From the NCBI RefSeq assembly GCF_964355755.1, contig NC_092673.1, forward strand, positions 21,697,648 to 21,761,647: a DNA stretch of 64,000 nt. The letters run 5' to 3'. A model generated the notes under the pieces. That model did not search any database. It saw only the letters and a program-made list of their open reading frames with translations, and was not told the DNA's origin. The position numbers and the translations under genes were made by a program. The stretch is from Antedon mediterranea (lineage: Eukaryota; Animalia; Echinodermata). The first letter of the stretch is position 1. Each line of letters starts with the position of its first letter. Positions 1 to 14,291 of this stretch are shown here, piece after piece.

Positions 1-376
1 TGAGAAATGCATATAAATGAAAAACAAGTATTGCATTGGAACATTTATTTCGAGAGATTAAAATAAGTCTTACTGACTATCTTATTTTGACGTACAGTAT
101 TTGATTAAAGTAATAATTTGATTTAATGAAAACATTATAGATACATCCAAACCTATTTAGACTTTATTATTATAGACATTATGAAACACTTCTATCATTG
201 TCTAACAAAAGTCTCATCATGTTGTTACAAATGATATGGTAACATTTTAAAAGAAGGACACAACAAACTGAACTTTACATGTGGGACCCACAAAGTAAAC
301 ATGAATAATACCAAGGTATTAAAATTATTTATTTTATTTATTTTACGATGATTTTAAACTGTCATTCTGTGTTCAG

Positions 377-3300
377 GCTGGACAGAAGCAATACCATCCA
401 ACATGCGCCAAATGTGGACGTTGTGGATATTATTTTACAGAAGGGGAAGATATGTTTGTGCAAGGTAAGTTCATTAACATCATTTACATAATAGATATTT
501 GCATAAGTCAACCATAATGACACTAATGTAAATATACAGTACCAACTGTGGCCTCATTAATATTGATAGCAGATTGTTATCTAAATAGTGTAACTGTAGT
601 TGTATCAAGCGGTTAAGATAGGGGCACTGCAAACCACAGTCATAATCAAGGCACTTAAACTGAACCCATGTGCATCTTTCGGAAAGAGTAGAGTTACCCC
701 AGTGTTCTGGTGCATTTCAGGTCATTTGTCATGAAATCACTTTGCTACAGAAACAATAATAGGATGAAAAAAGTAGTAAAACTGTGGTAACACTAATCGA
801 TTTAAAATGCCATGATTATGATGTCATCATCATTGTTAGATTATAACCATTCCCTTAAAACTTCATAAATGTACACATATTTGAAAATGAGCAGTCATTG
901 ATATATAATTAATAATCAAATGTAAATCAACTCAAAATCTTTATTTGTTCCATATATAAAAAATGTGTACATGGAAAGATTGTTGTGGTTTTATTTTCAG
1001 GTACTGAAATTTGGCATCCCAACTGCAGTAAAGCCAATGGCTATATTGACAAAGTAAGTACGATAAAAATAGTATAAATAATAGATAAATAATCATCTTC
1101 CCGAATCAAACAATATATTAGGAGCATGCTCAGTTTGTACTCAATTTCCATAAAACATAAATTTGTATTAATCAGTTCAGTTCTTAAAGTAGAGTAATCA
1201 ACTTAAAATGCAATATGTATTGAATTCTATAAATAAGTTTAATCTGAGCTACAAGTAGAAAAGATAAACTAGAACAAAATAATGTTTAATAATATGTCTG
1301 ATCTACTTGTAAAGATTTCAAAGACTATTCATGTATTTTTAAGCATGTACAGTATATAAAAATATGTTTTGCTCATCCCCTCCACTGTTAAACTTACTTA
1401 TGATCCAGGGGACAATAACATGAATTTACTTAATATCACCCAGGATAATCTTAATATCATCCAGGGTATTCTTTAATATCATCCAGGGTAATCTGAATAA
1501 TATCCAGGGTAATCTGAATAATATCCAGGGTAATCTGAATAATATCCAGGGTAATCTTAATATCATCCAGGGTAATCTAATGTCATCAAGGGTAATCTTA
1601 ATATCATCCAGGGTAATCTTGCTATCATGTAGCAAAATCTTAATATCATCCAGGGTAATCTTGCTATCATACAGTGTAATCTTAATATCATCCAGGGTAA
1701 TCTTGCTATCATCCAGGGTAATCATGCTAGAGGCATGATCACTCAGAGCTACTTATCGTTGATTATTTTTATTTAGCAATTCAAACGATTTATTAATGAA
1801 ATACATTTTTTTTTAGTTTTCAGAAGCAAGTAAAAAAGAAAATGCTGTACTGTATGACTACAATCAGAATAATCCTTATGTAAGAATGTATTTTTAGATG
1901 ATTTAAACAGACACCATTTAAAATTCTTCGTGAGAGAAAATGTCCAGGAATTATCGATTGTTCTGTACTGCAAAGAAATTGTTCTAATTCCAAAAAAGTA
2001 CCTCAGCTAAAATGGCGCAAGCATTGGTTATGCAGTTTAGGCAGAGAGAGTAAAAAACTTTCTGCTTTAGTTCAATTATAATACAGATTTAAGGAAGGTT
2101 GAAGGTCCTCAAGCCTCTAGCATCTTATAATGTTCATAATATAACTGATGCCCATATAGTACTTGTCATTTCTATATATTTTAAAATCTTTTCTGTCTCA
2201 GGCATTTTCTCTTAATGTCAACAACATGCCACGATCAAGAGGTTCTTCGAACAGTTTAAACCCTCAAGCACTAAACTACACCAACAGTTATCTGTCCCAT
2301 GAAACCAACACCGGCTCTTACCTGTACCCCAGAATCCCTAAGTCACCTGACGCACCAACAACTCCAAATTTCCATAGACCAGGTGAGAGAAAAATTTGAA
2401 TTTATGAATAAAACTTTTTAAAAAACTTTTAATTATTTTGTTAGTACATTAGAAATAGAGGTGCATGTTTGATAATAACACTGTGTACTTTTTACATTGT
2501 TACATACATAAGATATGCTGTATATAGATAGACCTATACATAAATACTATTTACTTTCAACTCTTTCAATACCGGACTCGTTGAAAATTGGAACATTTCC
2601 CAAAACCAGAATTTGCTTGAGGTTCAAATTGTCCAAGTTGCCAGCTAAATTTACCACTGCCTCTGTAAAGCTAACTATTCCATTAAAAGTGTAAAGTTAC
2701 AATTTCAGGTCCAGTGTGAAACAAGGCTTAAAACAATTTCTGAAAATAAAACTTTCAAAAAGATGTTTGCAGTTTTGAGAGAGTTGAGGGATAATAATTT
2801 GCCTGTCACCTACATACCATAGAATATTGAGAATATAGGATTTATTTTACACATTTTTAGATAAAATTTAACCAAAGATTAGAGTTGTATTAAAGATGTA
2901 TTGTCCCCAATTCTTTGCTATTTTGATTTCCTATAATAGTTGTCCACTTTGACCAAAATTTGGATTGAAAAAATGTATTTATCCTGAAAAAACTGTAATT
3001 GAAAGCAAAAAATAGTCAAATTGGCTGCCAGCCAATCGGTTTTTGATTGAATTTGTCCATTTATTTTGTCTTTTTCTAAGTGAAAACATTATTTTTTTTT
3101 TTTTTTTTTACGGAAGTGATTAACTTTATTAAAACTACAAAATTCATTCCAAAAAAAATTCAAAGTCTGATTTAATTAATCTTCATTTTTCATGTTTTTG
3201 AGGGACAATACATCTTTAAAAATGTAATTACCATATTATTTTTATCCATTGCATGTTTTAGTTACCATACATTTAGTTGTAGTTGATATAGCGCACATTA

Positions 3301-6300
3301 GTAACACCTTTTGTGTTGTGTTTTTTTTGTCTTTTTATTAATGTTTAATTATCACCATATCCTTTGACGTTTCACAATGTTGCCAGAATTCACCAGAATG
3401 GGTAAATAATCACCTCAATTTTGTTTATCTTTGCATGCATTTGTAGATTTTTTCTTTTTCAAACCATTTTATGTTATGTTTGAAAATGTTATGCACTTTG
3501 TGTACACCACGTATATTAGTTCTTAAAAAAATTAATAAAGAGAATTCTCACTCCTAAAGGTTGATCAAAGCATATTGATACATTGAGAAACTCAACAGTT
3601 CTTTTCAGAACTAATATACGTAAAGTACCGCAAATTTTATATCAACATTTGATTTCGCCATGCAAACCTTCAAACAATATATAATGTTATCCACCTTATT
3701 AAATGTGTTGGTGTTTTTATGTATAAATATGGACACAAATGTTTTCAATTCAGTTTCTTGCTGTTGTATAAATGTCTGTTGTTATTGATTCTATCTGTTT
3801 TAATCTACTCTACCTTTATTTTTATTATTTTTATTTATTATACTCATATATGTTTATATTGCATGTTTAATTGTGTTAAGGATGCACCATTATTATGTGT
3901 GTGGCTGTTCAAAAAGCGTTTTCCGAATAAATTATTATTATTATTGATTCATATTAGAGACAATAATATATAACTTTAAGTGTTTTCATCTTGCTATTTT
4001 AATCTGTTGTTTACTTTATAATAACATTATCAAGCATCATGTCCATGTTGCTTCAATTGTTAGGTATAAGTTTCAGGAAATGACTAAACCCTCGGGGGTA
4101 TACAAACTTACTATTCTTTATCGATACTATTTTCATAATTTTTATTATCACCACCATAATAAATTAGTTCAATACAATATCATAAAGTGTATTAAAGTAA
4201 TATTTATCAATATCTTTTTGAATTTATTTATTTTTAGATTCAAATCCGCAACATTTTATCACTCCGAACAAAACGGAAACTGATTCTTGGCTTGCCAAAA
4301 GTAAGTTATTTTTTCGTGTATATTAAAGAAAATAAGCCTTTTTAGATACAACCATAGAGATATTATATTATGTTAAAACTTAAACAATAACAATAAATTA
4401 ATTGACCTTCCAATTTTATTCTTTTAATAATAAATAAACTTAAGATAACAGACATAAAAGTTAGATATAACCATGTTTGAACCAATCATATTGCATGTGG
4501 GCGGTGTCTCAATTACAGATTGGTGTCCGCAATATGTTTAAAAAAAATGTTCTTTTAATAGTAGTTTGTTTTCTAATTTAATGGTCGTGTTCTCTCCAGG
4601 AATGAAACCAAAACCAGCCAAGATGTCTGAATTATTAATGACTAAACAGCCCCCTCATTTGGACAAAGATCTATCAAACAGCATCATCAACGAATCAAAG
4701 TACCCAGCCTCATCGAAACCAGCAGAGGGTGTACCTGCTAAGATTGAACGAGAGGACTTTCCAGCTCCGCAAGTGTACTTTGATCGCTTTCGTAGCAAGT
4801 CTGAAGGGTTCCTCGCTAAGCAGGAGGAGGAAGAATTTGAAAATGACGTGTCAAGGGTCGCTTCTCCACTAGGTCAAATGATTCTCAGAGAAGAGTTTGA
4901 AAAAAAGAAAGAAGAAGTTATTGATCCTCGTACTGTTTCACGTACCCCCTCTGGGAAATCAGAACCAGCGCGACAATTGCGATATTCAACCTCATCGCAA
5001 TCAAGTGAGTGATGACTATTAATTTTGTATGTCTTGAAAATGTGTGTGTTAGTGATACTAGCCCGGATACTATAGTCTACCACAATAAGAAAAACAGACA
5101 ATCTTTTGCCCCACGTATCCTGGAGATTTCGCTATTCTAAGATCCAAACTATTCTCTTAAAGATGTATTGTCCCCCTGCCATTTTAATATCACATAATAG
5201 TTATTCACTTTGACCAAAAACTGGATTGAAAAAAAAATATTTACCTGAAAAAATGTAATTTAAAGCAAAAAATAGTCAAATTGGGTGCCAGCCAATGGGT
5301 TTTTGGTTGAAATTAACCGTTTATTTTGTCATTTTATATGAGAAAAATTTTTTAAACGGCAAGGATTAACTTTATTAAAACTGCAAAATGGCCTAATTAA
5401 AGTCAGATTTTATTAATCTTCATTTTTCATGTTTTTGGGGGACAATACATCTTCTTCCTGTCTCCATAAAAATGTCCAATCTTACGTTTTGTGACATCTC
5501 TTTGTTTGCAGATGCTCTTAGAAACCGATGGTCATCAGGTGAGGGTTGTCATGACAACTATTTGTCATTCATTCAATCCTGCTTGTTTTCTGTCCATTCA
5601 ACCAAATTTATGATTTTTTTGTTTTATTTTAATTTCATAATAAATTAAATTGTATGTATTAACATTCCTGCATTCTGTGCTCACTATTATTTTTATTCTT
5701 ACTTACATCTGAAGTCTTAGTGGCATGCTTAAAAATGTTTGAATACTGATTGAAACATTATCGTTTTAGAAATAAGCCCATGATTTATGTATGTTTTTGC
5801 AGATTCTTTTTGTTTGTTTTTACACCAAATTTTTTTATTTTTTCGTTAACCATAAAAACAATTCCACGATACAGAATTCAGTGACAATATACCACAATGA
5901 AAACATTTTCCTCTGGTTTCGATTAGTATTAAGATATAGTTCATTAATTGTAAACCAGTAAATAACTTACGTGTCAAGACATTTTCGTCAAGCCGTCAGT
6001 TGTGTTTTACGATGCCGATTGGTCTCGTTTTCAGCCACTGATATGCCCAAATATGGTAGTGGCATGTCCATATATGGGCACATCACATTTTTTGTTACAT
6101 AAAGTTTAAACAGAGCTTAAGTTATTAAGTTATCAGGTTTACAATTAATGAACTATATCTCAATATACCACTGATTGCATAATACTGTATGCCTTCGAAT
6201 TGTGTCATAGCATGATAGCCAAGTGATTTGTTTGAGCACACACTAATGTGTTTGAAAAGTGCGTTTGTTATGTTTATGTTTAATAGTCATCATTATTTTT

Positions 6301-9300
6301 GTAATATGATAAATTACAGTAGAATTCTTTCTATTGTTCTCCTAGTAATGGTGTCCCTTAAATAGAGGTTGGTTTTGGTGTTAAAACATATCTATTACCT
6401 TTCCTTTAAATTGGAAAGTGTCAATAAGGATGTCAGCTGAATAGGGGTGTCCCATACAAGAGGTTCTACTGTAATTAATTGTATTCAATAATCGACTCTA
6501 AATAATGCTTCATTTTATTGAAGAATTATGTTTAAACATAGAGAAATATTATATTATCTCTATGGATTAATCAATGATAGATGGCACTTGCCTAAATAAA
6601 CTCTGAAAAATTAATTAAATTCTAAAAATATGTTGTCTATAATGCGCTTGAAAAAAAAACTGCATTTGAGCAAATTGAATGTAAACGATGAACTAAAGAC
6701 ATTTAACAATGGATTAATAGATAGTGCCTAAGTAAACTCTGAAAAAATAATTAATTAAAATTAAATACTAAAAATATGTCTACAATGTGCTTGAAAAAAA
6801 AATGAATTTAGAAAATTGAATGTAAAGATACACTAAGACATTATGCATGAGCATGACTACGAATGATGAGGAATTTAAATGCAAGAAATCTAAATTTTGC
6901 TTTAAATAGTGTTCATTTTATTCCAGTCAAATTTAAAGAGTTTATAGCCGAAGGTGAGTGGTGAATGAAGCAGTTATTTCTGGCATCATGGATTTTTTGA
7001 AAATTAAATAATTCTGAAAAAAATGGTTTTTCAAGAACTAAAATATTTTTAGTATAAATTGCAATGTGACAAATAAAGCAAATCATTTACCAAATATACC
7101 TGATTTATCAAAATAAGTACCAGCACATATTGACTGTTTTTTTCTTCAATACTAATGATTTGTTTTATTTTATTTAAAGCAAACTCACCTAGCACCAAAA
7201 GTGCAACACTGCCCTCAAACATGAGGCATTCGTCAATGTCTCCAACTGTAAGTATCTTACAAAGTCAAAGGACTTTTATTTTATTTATTTTATCTAAATA
7301 TGTTTATACAGGTTACATACGGTCAAAATAAATCTAAGGGCAAATTACTTGAAAAATGCGTGGCTGTTCACCAATCATTAATAAGGATTTCACATAACTT
7401 AATAAATATTTAAGTATCCTCAAATTGCATACTTAAATTAATTTAAGTCTATATTAACGTATCTTAAGTGTGAATGGTGAATATGGCCACTGTATCTCAA
7501 TGGAGATACAAATATAATAAGTACTGACAAATTGACAATGCTGTGGGTATGTGGCTGAATAGCAATGGTGATACAAGTAAAATGAGCACTGACAAATTGA
7601 CAATGCTGTGGGTATGTGGCTGAATAGCAATGGTGATACAAGTAAAATAAGCACTGACAAATTGACAATGCTGTGGGTATGTGGCTGAATAGCAATGGTG
7701 ATACAAGTAAAATGAGCACTGACAAATTGACAATGCTGTGGGTATGTGGCTGAATAGCAATGGTGATACAAGTAAAATGAGCACTGACAAATTGACAATG
7801 CTGTGGGTATGTGGCTGAATAGCAATGGTGATACAAGTAAAATAAGCACTGACAAATTGACAATGCTGTGGGTATGTGGCTGAATAGCAATGGTGATACA
7901 AGTAAAATGAGCAAAAAGCTAAATCAAACGATAAATAGCCAGAAAGAAATTGCAGAGCTTTTGTGTAGCGTTAACCCTTCCTCCGAGTTAGTTTAACCAA
8001 GGAAGAATGATATTTATAAAAACAATGGGATTAAAGTATTTCTAACATGGAATGTTTAAATAAAACACCTGTTCTTTAGCTTACCATAAGGACCCACAAA
8101 AACACTCACATTGTGCTGCAGCGATTGCTTGACCATTTTTTTAACTTAAAGATGTATTGTCCCCCTGAAAAATATTTTAACATTTTTCTTTGTTGAATAT
8201 GCAATTTTAATTTCACATAATAGTTATCCACTTTGACCAAAAATTAGATCGAAACAAAATTTATTTACCTGAAAAAACTGTAATTTAAAGCAAAAAATGG
8301 TCAAATTGGCTGCCAGCCAATGGATTTTTGGTTGAATTTAACCATTTATCATGTTATTTTATAAGTGAAAACATTTTTCTTCATGGTTTTTTTTTCTACA
8401 TAAGTGATTAACTTTATTAAAACTACAAAATAAACTATTCAAAGTCTGATTTAATTAATCTTTATTTTTCATGTTTTTGGGGGACAATACATCTTTAAGT
8501 TTTAAATCTATTTATAGAATGGATATTTGTCTCCCAGATCTTGTACACTTCCAAGAGACACTGACACCTGGAATGGTGAAGGTATGTAATTTGCATAAAA
8601 TTTAGAAAATGATGTGCTCATTGTTGTGGTCATCAACTGACAGGGGAGATAGTTAAGAATGCTATAAAAGTGGTATACAGTGGTAGTATGGATGCAGACA
8701 TTGCAAACTTAAATTGTTGATCTGGTGCCAAATCCAGGTAAAAGATAAACATGCATACCTACTTATATTGTAGGAATCACTAAAGTGTGTTATATTATAT
8801 TAATATATTTTATTTTGCAGTTTATTTGGACTACTCGTCCCCCGTTTCGTATGGTAGCAGTACACCAGTGCTTTCAGGGAGCTCATCTCCTCGTAATGGA
8901 TCAATAGATGGAGGATTTAGCCCTACCTTGCACCCGTTGTCAAACGACGATGAACATCGGTTGCGTCTGTTGCGAATTGCTCAAGGTCGATCCATGCCAA
9001 ATGTGGCTACTGGAAAGGTTTGTAATTTTCTACTTTATAGAACCGTTAAAACACTTTGTTAGGATGCATGGAATGGAGCAGTTAAATTGGATTTGTTGGA
9101 ATGATTGTAATGTAAATCCCACCCAATGCAATGTATATATCCTCAGAATTCACCAAATATTGCAGTGTCGTAGTCACAAGAACATAGTTGCCAACCTTGA
9201 AATGCGCGACAGACTACACCATTTTGTAGGGGGGGGGGGGGGAAATATTTTAGTATTTTATACTTTTAAAATATACCAATTATAATTTGAATGCATTTTC

Positions 9301-11104
9301 CTCTCTAATAGTAATAAAAAATGATCACGCACATACTTCTGCTAAATATTTGACAAATACGTGGTCGCGCATGTGTTTGTTGAAAATGTGTGTTTCATTA
9401 AAAATCAACCGTCCCGCACGATGCAAGACTGTTTGTAACTATGCAAGACTTAAAGCAATACGATGGCCGCAAAAAGGGGAAAACAATCCCCTGTGCTGGC
9501 TACAGGGTTGTCAAAGCCTTCTGATTGAAACCTTACCAACCTCACCGGTGCCTATGGCCCTGTCAGGGTAACGATCAATAATTTTGAATTACCTTGGTTT
9601 TTCCCCATATTGTAGGAATACTATGAAACTGAATGTCAGGTTAGCATGTTTTGCCCTTTGTTTTTTTTCAACAAGTACCCATTTTAGCATCTTTCATTGA
9701 ATTAATAAAACAATATTATCACCTGTACCGTATGTTTTATTTGATACACTTCCTGTCTCTTTCTCTATCTGCATTGAACTACTGTTTCCACTCACTATTT
9801 TTTTCTCTACTATAATATCAAAACATAAAATTATGTTAATGTTTATAATAATAAACATATTAACGTCAATATTTTTTAAATCATTGTTATAATTGTTGTT
9901 ATATCATTATATTATATTATCGATGATAATGATGTTAACATTATCAAGAGTGTAGCATTATCTAATGTTATTGCATTTTAAAACATTGTAAAGCTTTGTC
10001 TACCATATCACATTTTATGTGCCCATATATGGACATGATGATACCATATTTAAGCATATCACTACCATATTTGGGCACATCACAGCTTTAGGGATGTTCC
10101 GGAACGTACTTATATTCTGTAAATTTCATTTTTATTTTTTTACTAAAAAATGTAATTCTCCCAAAACCTAAAGGACGTACAAAACTTATTCCTACATGCA
10201 ACAGACACATTTTTCCAATACCAAAAGACTAGACATTATTATATTTTTTTATAAACAACAAATTTTGGTTTTGGTATCACTTTTTTCAGAGAGTCTGGTT
10301 TTGAAATGTTTTTATTTTTGTACTAATTTGCACACACATTACAGTATTCTATTATCTGCAAAATATTAATGTTCATTTTGTAGGTTTATCCACTAGAATC
10401 ATTGCTCACAACGAATTACAGACTTCCAAAAGATGTGGACAGAAAACATTTAGAGGTATACTGTTATATATTTTAAACAAGATGTTATGTGAGGGGAAAA
10501 CAAGATGTATTATGTCCTTTATTCTATTGTTAACCTTTTAAAATGAGATGACCCCTCCTCCTCCTCCATTCCCTTCAGTCCTTCCTATCCATTCTGATCT
10601 GTTATAAGTTGAATTCATCACTTTTACAATTCAAACATCCTTTGTTAGATGATGTTTAGGCGCAGATTTAGGCGGGGCTAAACAGGTGTTAGTTCCCCCT
10701 AAAATTTAACTTTTTAAAATAAAATAATTACTATTTTTATTTTTCTGCAACCTGACGGATCGTTTTTATCATTTATAAAAAATTTAGCCCCCCCCCCCCC
10801 CCCTAATCTATAATTCTGGATCTGTCCCTGATGTTAACGAACAAAAAATGTTTGCAAATAAGAACTTGCATCTATGATATATTTCTATTAATATGAAATT
10901 TATTATTAATTTGAATCTGTTTTACAAATATATATATTTTGTTTTAAAATGTCCAATTTCTTATAATTTAATTTTTTATTGTTACTGTAGCTTCATCTTT
11001 CAACACGCGATTTCTACAGGGCATTCAAAATGGGGTTTAACCAATTTAGTGATTTACCAAAATGGAAGCAACGAGATCTCAAGAAAAATGCACTTCTGTT
11101 TTAG
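377..11104 (+). CDS. ABLIM: Actin-binding LIM protein (ABLIM/UNC-115 family), 3' portion; 5' exons lie upstream of the window
   Basis: GT-AG exons read manually: 377-464 (AGQKQYHPTCAKCGRCGYYFTEGEDMFVQ, last LIM domain), 1001-1053 (TEIWHPNC), 2202-2382 (..PNFHRP), 4238-4300, 4600-5004 (SKYPASSKP..PAKIEREDFPAP), 5512-5538, 7180-7247 (KSATLP), 8518-8581, 8821-9017 (GRSMPNV), 10384-10455 (VYPLESLLTTNYRLPKDVDRKHLE), 10991-11104 (LHLSTRDFYRAFKMGFNQFSDLPKWKQRDLKKNALLF*, villin headpiece). Exon phases are consistent. LIM + HFHRP-like anchor + headpiece is the ABLIM architecture. Confidence 0.93.
1430..1722. repeat. 21-bp minisatellite (ATCCAGGGTAATCTTAATATC) in an ABLIM intron
   Basis: About 14 tandem copies are directly visible; this explains the spurious ORF 1426-1725. 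Confidence 0.95.
2894..3215. mobile_element. Non-autonomous DNA transposon with TTAA TSD and AGATGTATTGTCCC TIR (Kolobok-like MITE)
   Basis: TTAA|AGATGTATTGTCCCC ... GGGACAATACATCT|TTAA. Family members lie at 5161-5452, 8150-8494, 16305-16852 and (degraded, reverse) about 13900-14186. TTAA TSD with purine-purine termini fits Kolobok rather than piggyBac (CC termini). Confidence 0.8.
5161..5452. mobile_element. Kolobok-like MITE copy
   Basis: Same TIR and internal sequence as 2894-3215; right TSD is degraded. Confidence 0.78.
6317..6471. mobile_element. Tc1/mariner (Tigger-like) MITE
   Basis: TA|CAGTAGAA ... TTCTACTG|TA; a related shorter copy lies at about 50107-50187. Confidence 0.6.
7523..7912. 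repeat. 65-bp tandem repeat, 6 near-identical copies
   Basis: ACTGACAAATTGACAATGCTGTGGG recurs at 7523, 7588, 7653 and onward; explains three overlapping minus-strand ORFs. Confidence 0.95.
8150..8494. mobile_element. Kolobok-like MITE copy
   Basis: TTAA|AGATGTATTGTCCCCC ... GGGGACAATACATCT|TTAA. Confidence 0.82.
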
Positions 11105-14100
11105 TGAGATATGCCAAGCCATTGTATCAGTACCTAGTTATTTAAAAACATTGGAATATACAGGGTAGAATACGTCTTTGACAGAGATCTTGGAGTGTTG
11201 CTCAAATGTTACGAGTGTAAGGTACACAAATAAAACATATCTGTTGGGAAAGATATTTCCTGTTAACTATTCAGTAATCGTATAAAAAAATTTCTTTAAA
11301 TATGTTTTAAACTTTGACCTTGAATATGGTTTGACTGCTTTTCTGCGCATTTGATTTTTTAATGAAAAAATATATTTAGTCTTGAAATATATTTAAAGTT
11401 TACAGACTGAACAAGAAAAAGATTATGATTGTGTATGTGATATTAATGATAGACATTTAGTGAATATTGCAAATTAGATATTTTCTCTATATTATATTCT
11501 ATATTAAAAGAACACTGTACAGTATATTTATTACTAAATTTAAAATAATGAAATTACTTATTGTGGACATTTATTTAGTGTGTAAGTAAATTTTATCCTT
11601 AATGAATTTGTTAGAAGTTATATTTATTTTATCATTGAAATTAAAATATTTACATTTTCTCTGAATTCACATGTAAACATACAGATGTTTGGTTTTCCTA
11701 TGGTTAGTTAAAAAACTATTTTAAGAAATCATTTTAATGTTAGGTATATTTAAAAATAGTTTTATTATACTTATAATAGTGTAATAATTTGATTTTAATG
11801 CATATTTTAAACGTATTATTTTAACAAAACATAAATATTATAAACTACTCTAGAATATAAAATATATATTTGAAGAAAATTTGAAATTTTAATAATTCTA
11901 ATAGATATACTTTGATATACATCATTATATTCTTATAAATCTATATTTCAATAATTAATAATACACTGGTAATTTGCAGCTAAAATTTCAAATTCAATTT
12001 TTCAAATTATTAAAGAAAAAAAATCGATTTGCATGAGATTTAGACATTCTCTTCTGCTGTATTTAAGTATTATCACTGATGTAAATAATATTTTTGTATA
12101 AAATAAAATAATTTGTTCCTGTTGAAATTTTTAGGAATTATTGGTTAATGTTAGGTAGATTAAATATTTCAATAATATGAATAATATTATTTTATATTAA
12201 TTTTAAATTTTAAACTTTAACACCTGAGCAAATGTCCATGTGTTTTTCCCCTGATTCATTTGTTATTTTGTAAAAACATGACTAAATCTTTAATCTGATA
12301 AAAATACTTTTCATTTTTTAGTAGATATATATACCAAAGATTACAAATTGATTACAATTTAAAATAATTGTGATAAAATTCTGATTTTTTAAAGAAAAAT
12401 TATTCAAAATCTACAGTACATAATGGCATTGAAGTGAATGATTCATTTAAAATAATAATTTAACTGAATAGATTTAGAGATAACTATATATATATTGATT
12501 AATTAAATTTCAGTATATCACCGGGCGGTTTAGAATTAATGTTCATTGCCTGATGTGTTTATATATATATTGATATGCGCAATTAAATTGCCTAGCTTAT
12601 GGGGTTTACTTCCTTCCCCCCCCCCCCTTTTTTTTTTTTTACTTTACCTATAGAGGGCTCATAAGAAGTAAATAGTTTAAAGATTAGAATGGATCTTGCA
12701 CACAATAATTCATTGCATGGTACCAATTACATTTTACTATTAATTAGATTTTTAATTAGATTTTTAATTAGATTTGACCTACATGTTTTTGTAGTTTACT
12801 CTCAATTGAAGACTATTTATGATGATTTTGTTAGCTTATTTCTCAAATATAGTTATTATCATTATTAGGCCATAGGCCTCACAGTGTAAGTGTTACACAT
12901 TGGAGATTGTGGATTGTTGAAAATACAAATCCCAGCCCTATACTCTACTCCTTAATGTAAGCCTAAAAGAGACTTGGTTTTAGAAAGCATTGGTTTTCCA
13001 GGCATTTCCAAAGTATTTTCCCCAAGCATTACTTACCCAAGCATTGGTTTCCCATCCTGTAATTGGCAAGTCATGTACAGACATGCTGTTGCATGGCGTG
13101 ACAACAAAAACAACACCACTCTCCATGTGTAACATTTTTAAATGTTTTGTTTATGTTGGTTTATCAATGTCAATCAATATCAATGTCAATCAATATCAAT
13201 CAATATTATTCCTATTTGCCAAAGGTTAATATGTGATATCAAGTGCTATAAATTAGTTAAAGATAGTTTATGATGTCATGATTCAAATTTTTCTCTTGTG
13301 CACAACAAAAAGCTCCATGCATCCTTAATGGAATAAATCTGCATTCAAATGTGCAATTTAACTTTTTGTATGTTGTTTTTATTTTTAGTTTTGGGTGTTT
13401 TTTATACATTTTTAAAAAAATAGGTTATTTTATTAATTTTTTTATTTTTCGATTGAATAAATAAAAGAAAACTTTATGTGAAAAAAAATGTGATGTGCCC
13501 ATATATGGATATGATGATATGATACCATATTTGGGAATATCACTACCATATTTGTTTGATAGTGTAGACAGAGCTTAAGGCTCTTATTTCAGAAAACCTA
13601 AAATTGCTGACTTACCTACCCACCTACACTAAATGACAATAACAAAGTAAGTTGACCCGATTCATTAGCGTTATATTCCCAATTGTCGTGATCACAATTT
13701 CCTACAGAATAGTTGTTAAGGAAATGGACAACAATGTAGGCCATTGAGGAACAAAACTTGTTATATTAGTCATCCAAGTATATTTGCACCGTTTCTATTT
13801 TAAATCGCCAGTGCAGACTGAATCCAATGGATGGATAGCATGGAAGTAACAGCTTTTCTTTTAAATAGGATTTCTTTTTAAACAGAGAAATATATTTAAG
13901 GTAGGTCAACATGAAATTATTATATGTATTATCCCCCCAAAAAAGATTAATTAAATTAGAGTTTGAATAGGTTATTTTGTAGTTTTCAAGTTAATCACTT
14001 CCGAGAAAAAAAACCCCCAAAAGTAATATTTTCACATATAAAAAGACCAAATAAATAGCTGGCAGGTAAGTAAATTTTGTTTAGACCCAATTTTTGGTCA

Positions 14101-14291
14101 AAGTGGATAAATATTATGTGACATTAAAATGGCATAATCAACAACAAAAAATTGACAAATTATTTTTCAGGGCAACACATCTCTAAGCGACAATGTTTAA
14201 AATATTTTCATCTATAAATATTATTTTTATTGAACACCATAGTTGATTTCAAATTGCAGTTCTTCATCGAAAATCTTTCCATCAAGCAAAG

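Noticed and set aside
4064-4097. Additional ABLIM small exon
   Set aside because: Both candidate acceptors give an in-frame stop in the required phase.
1426-7914. Repetitive ORFs at 1426-1725 and 7438-7914
   Set aside because: They coincide exactly with 21-bp and 65-bp tandem repeats inside ABLIM introns.
11105-13420. Very AT-rich 2.3-kb stretch with homopolymer runs
   Set aside because: Consistent with the ABLIM 3' UTR or intergenic DNA (AATAAA at about 12101 and 13397); no structure or coding signal found.
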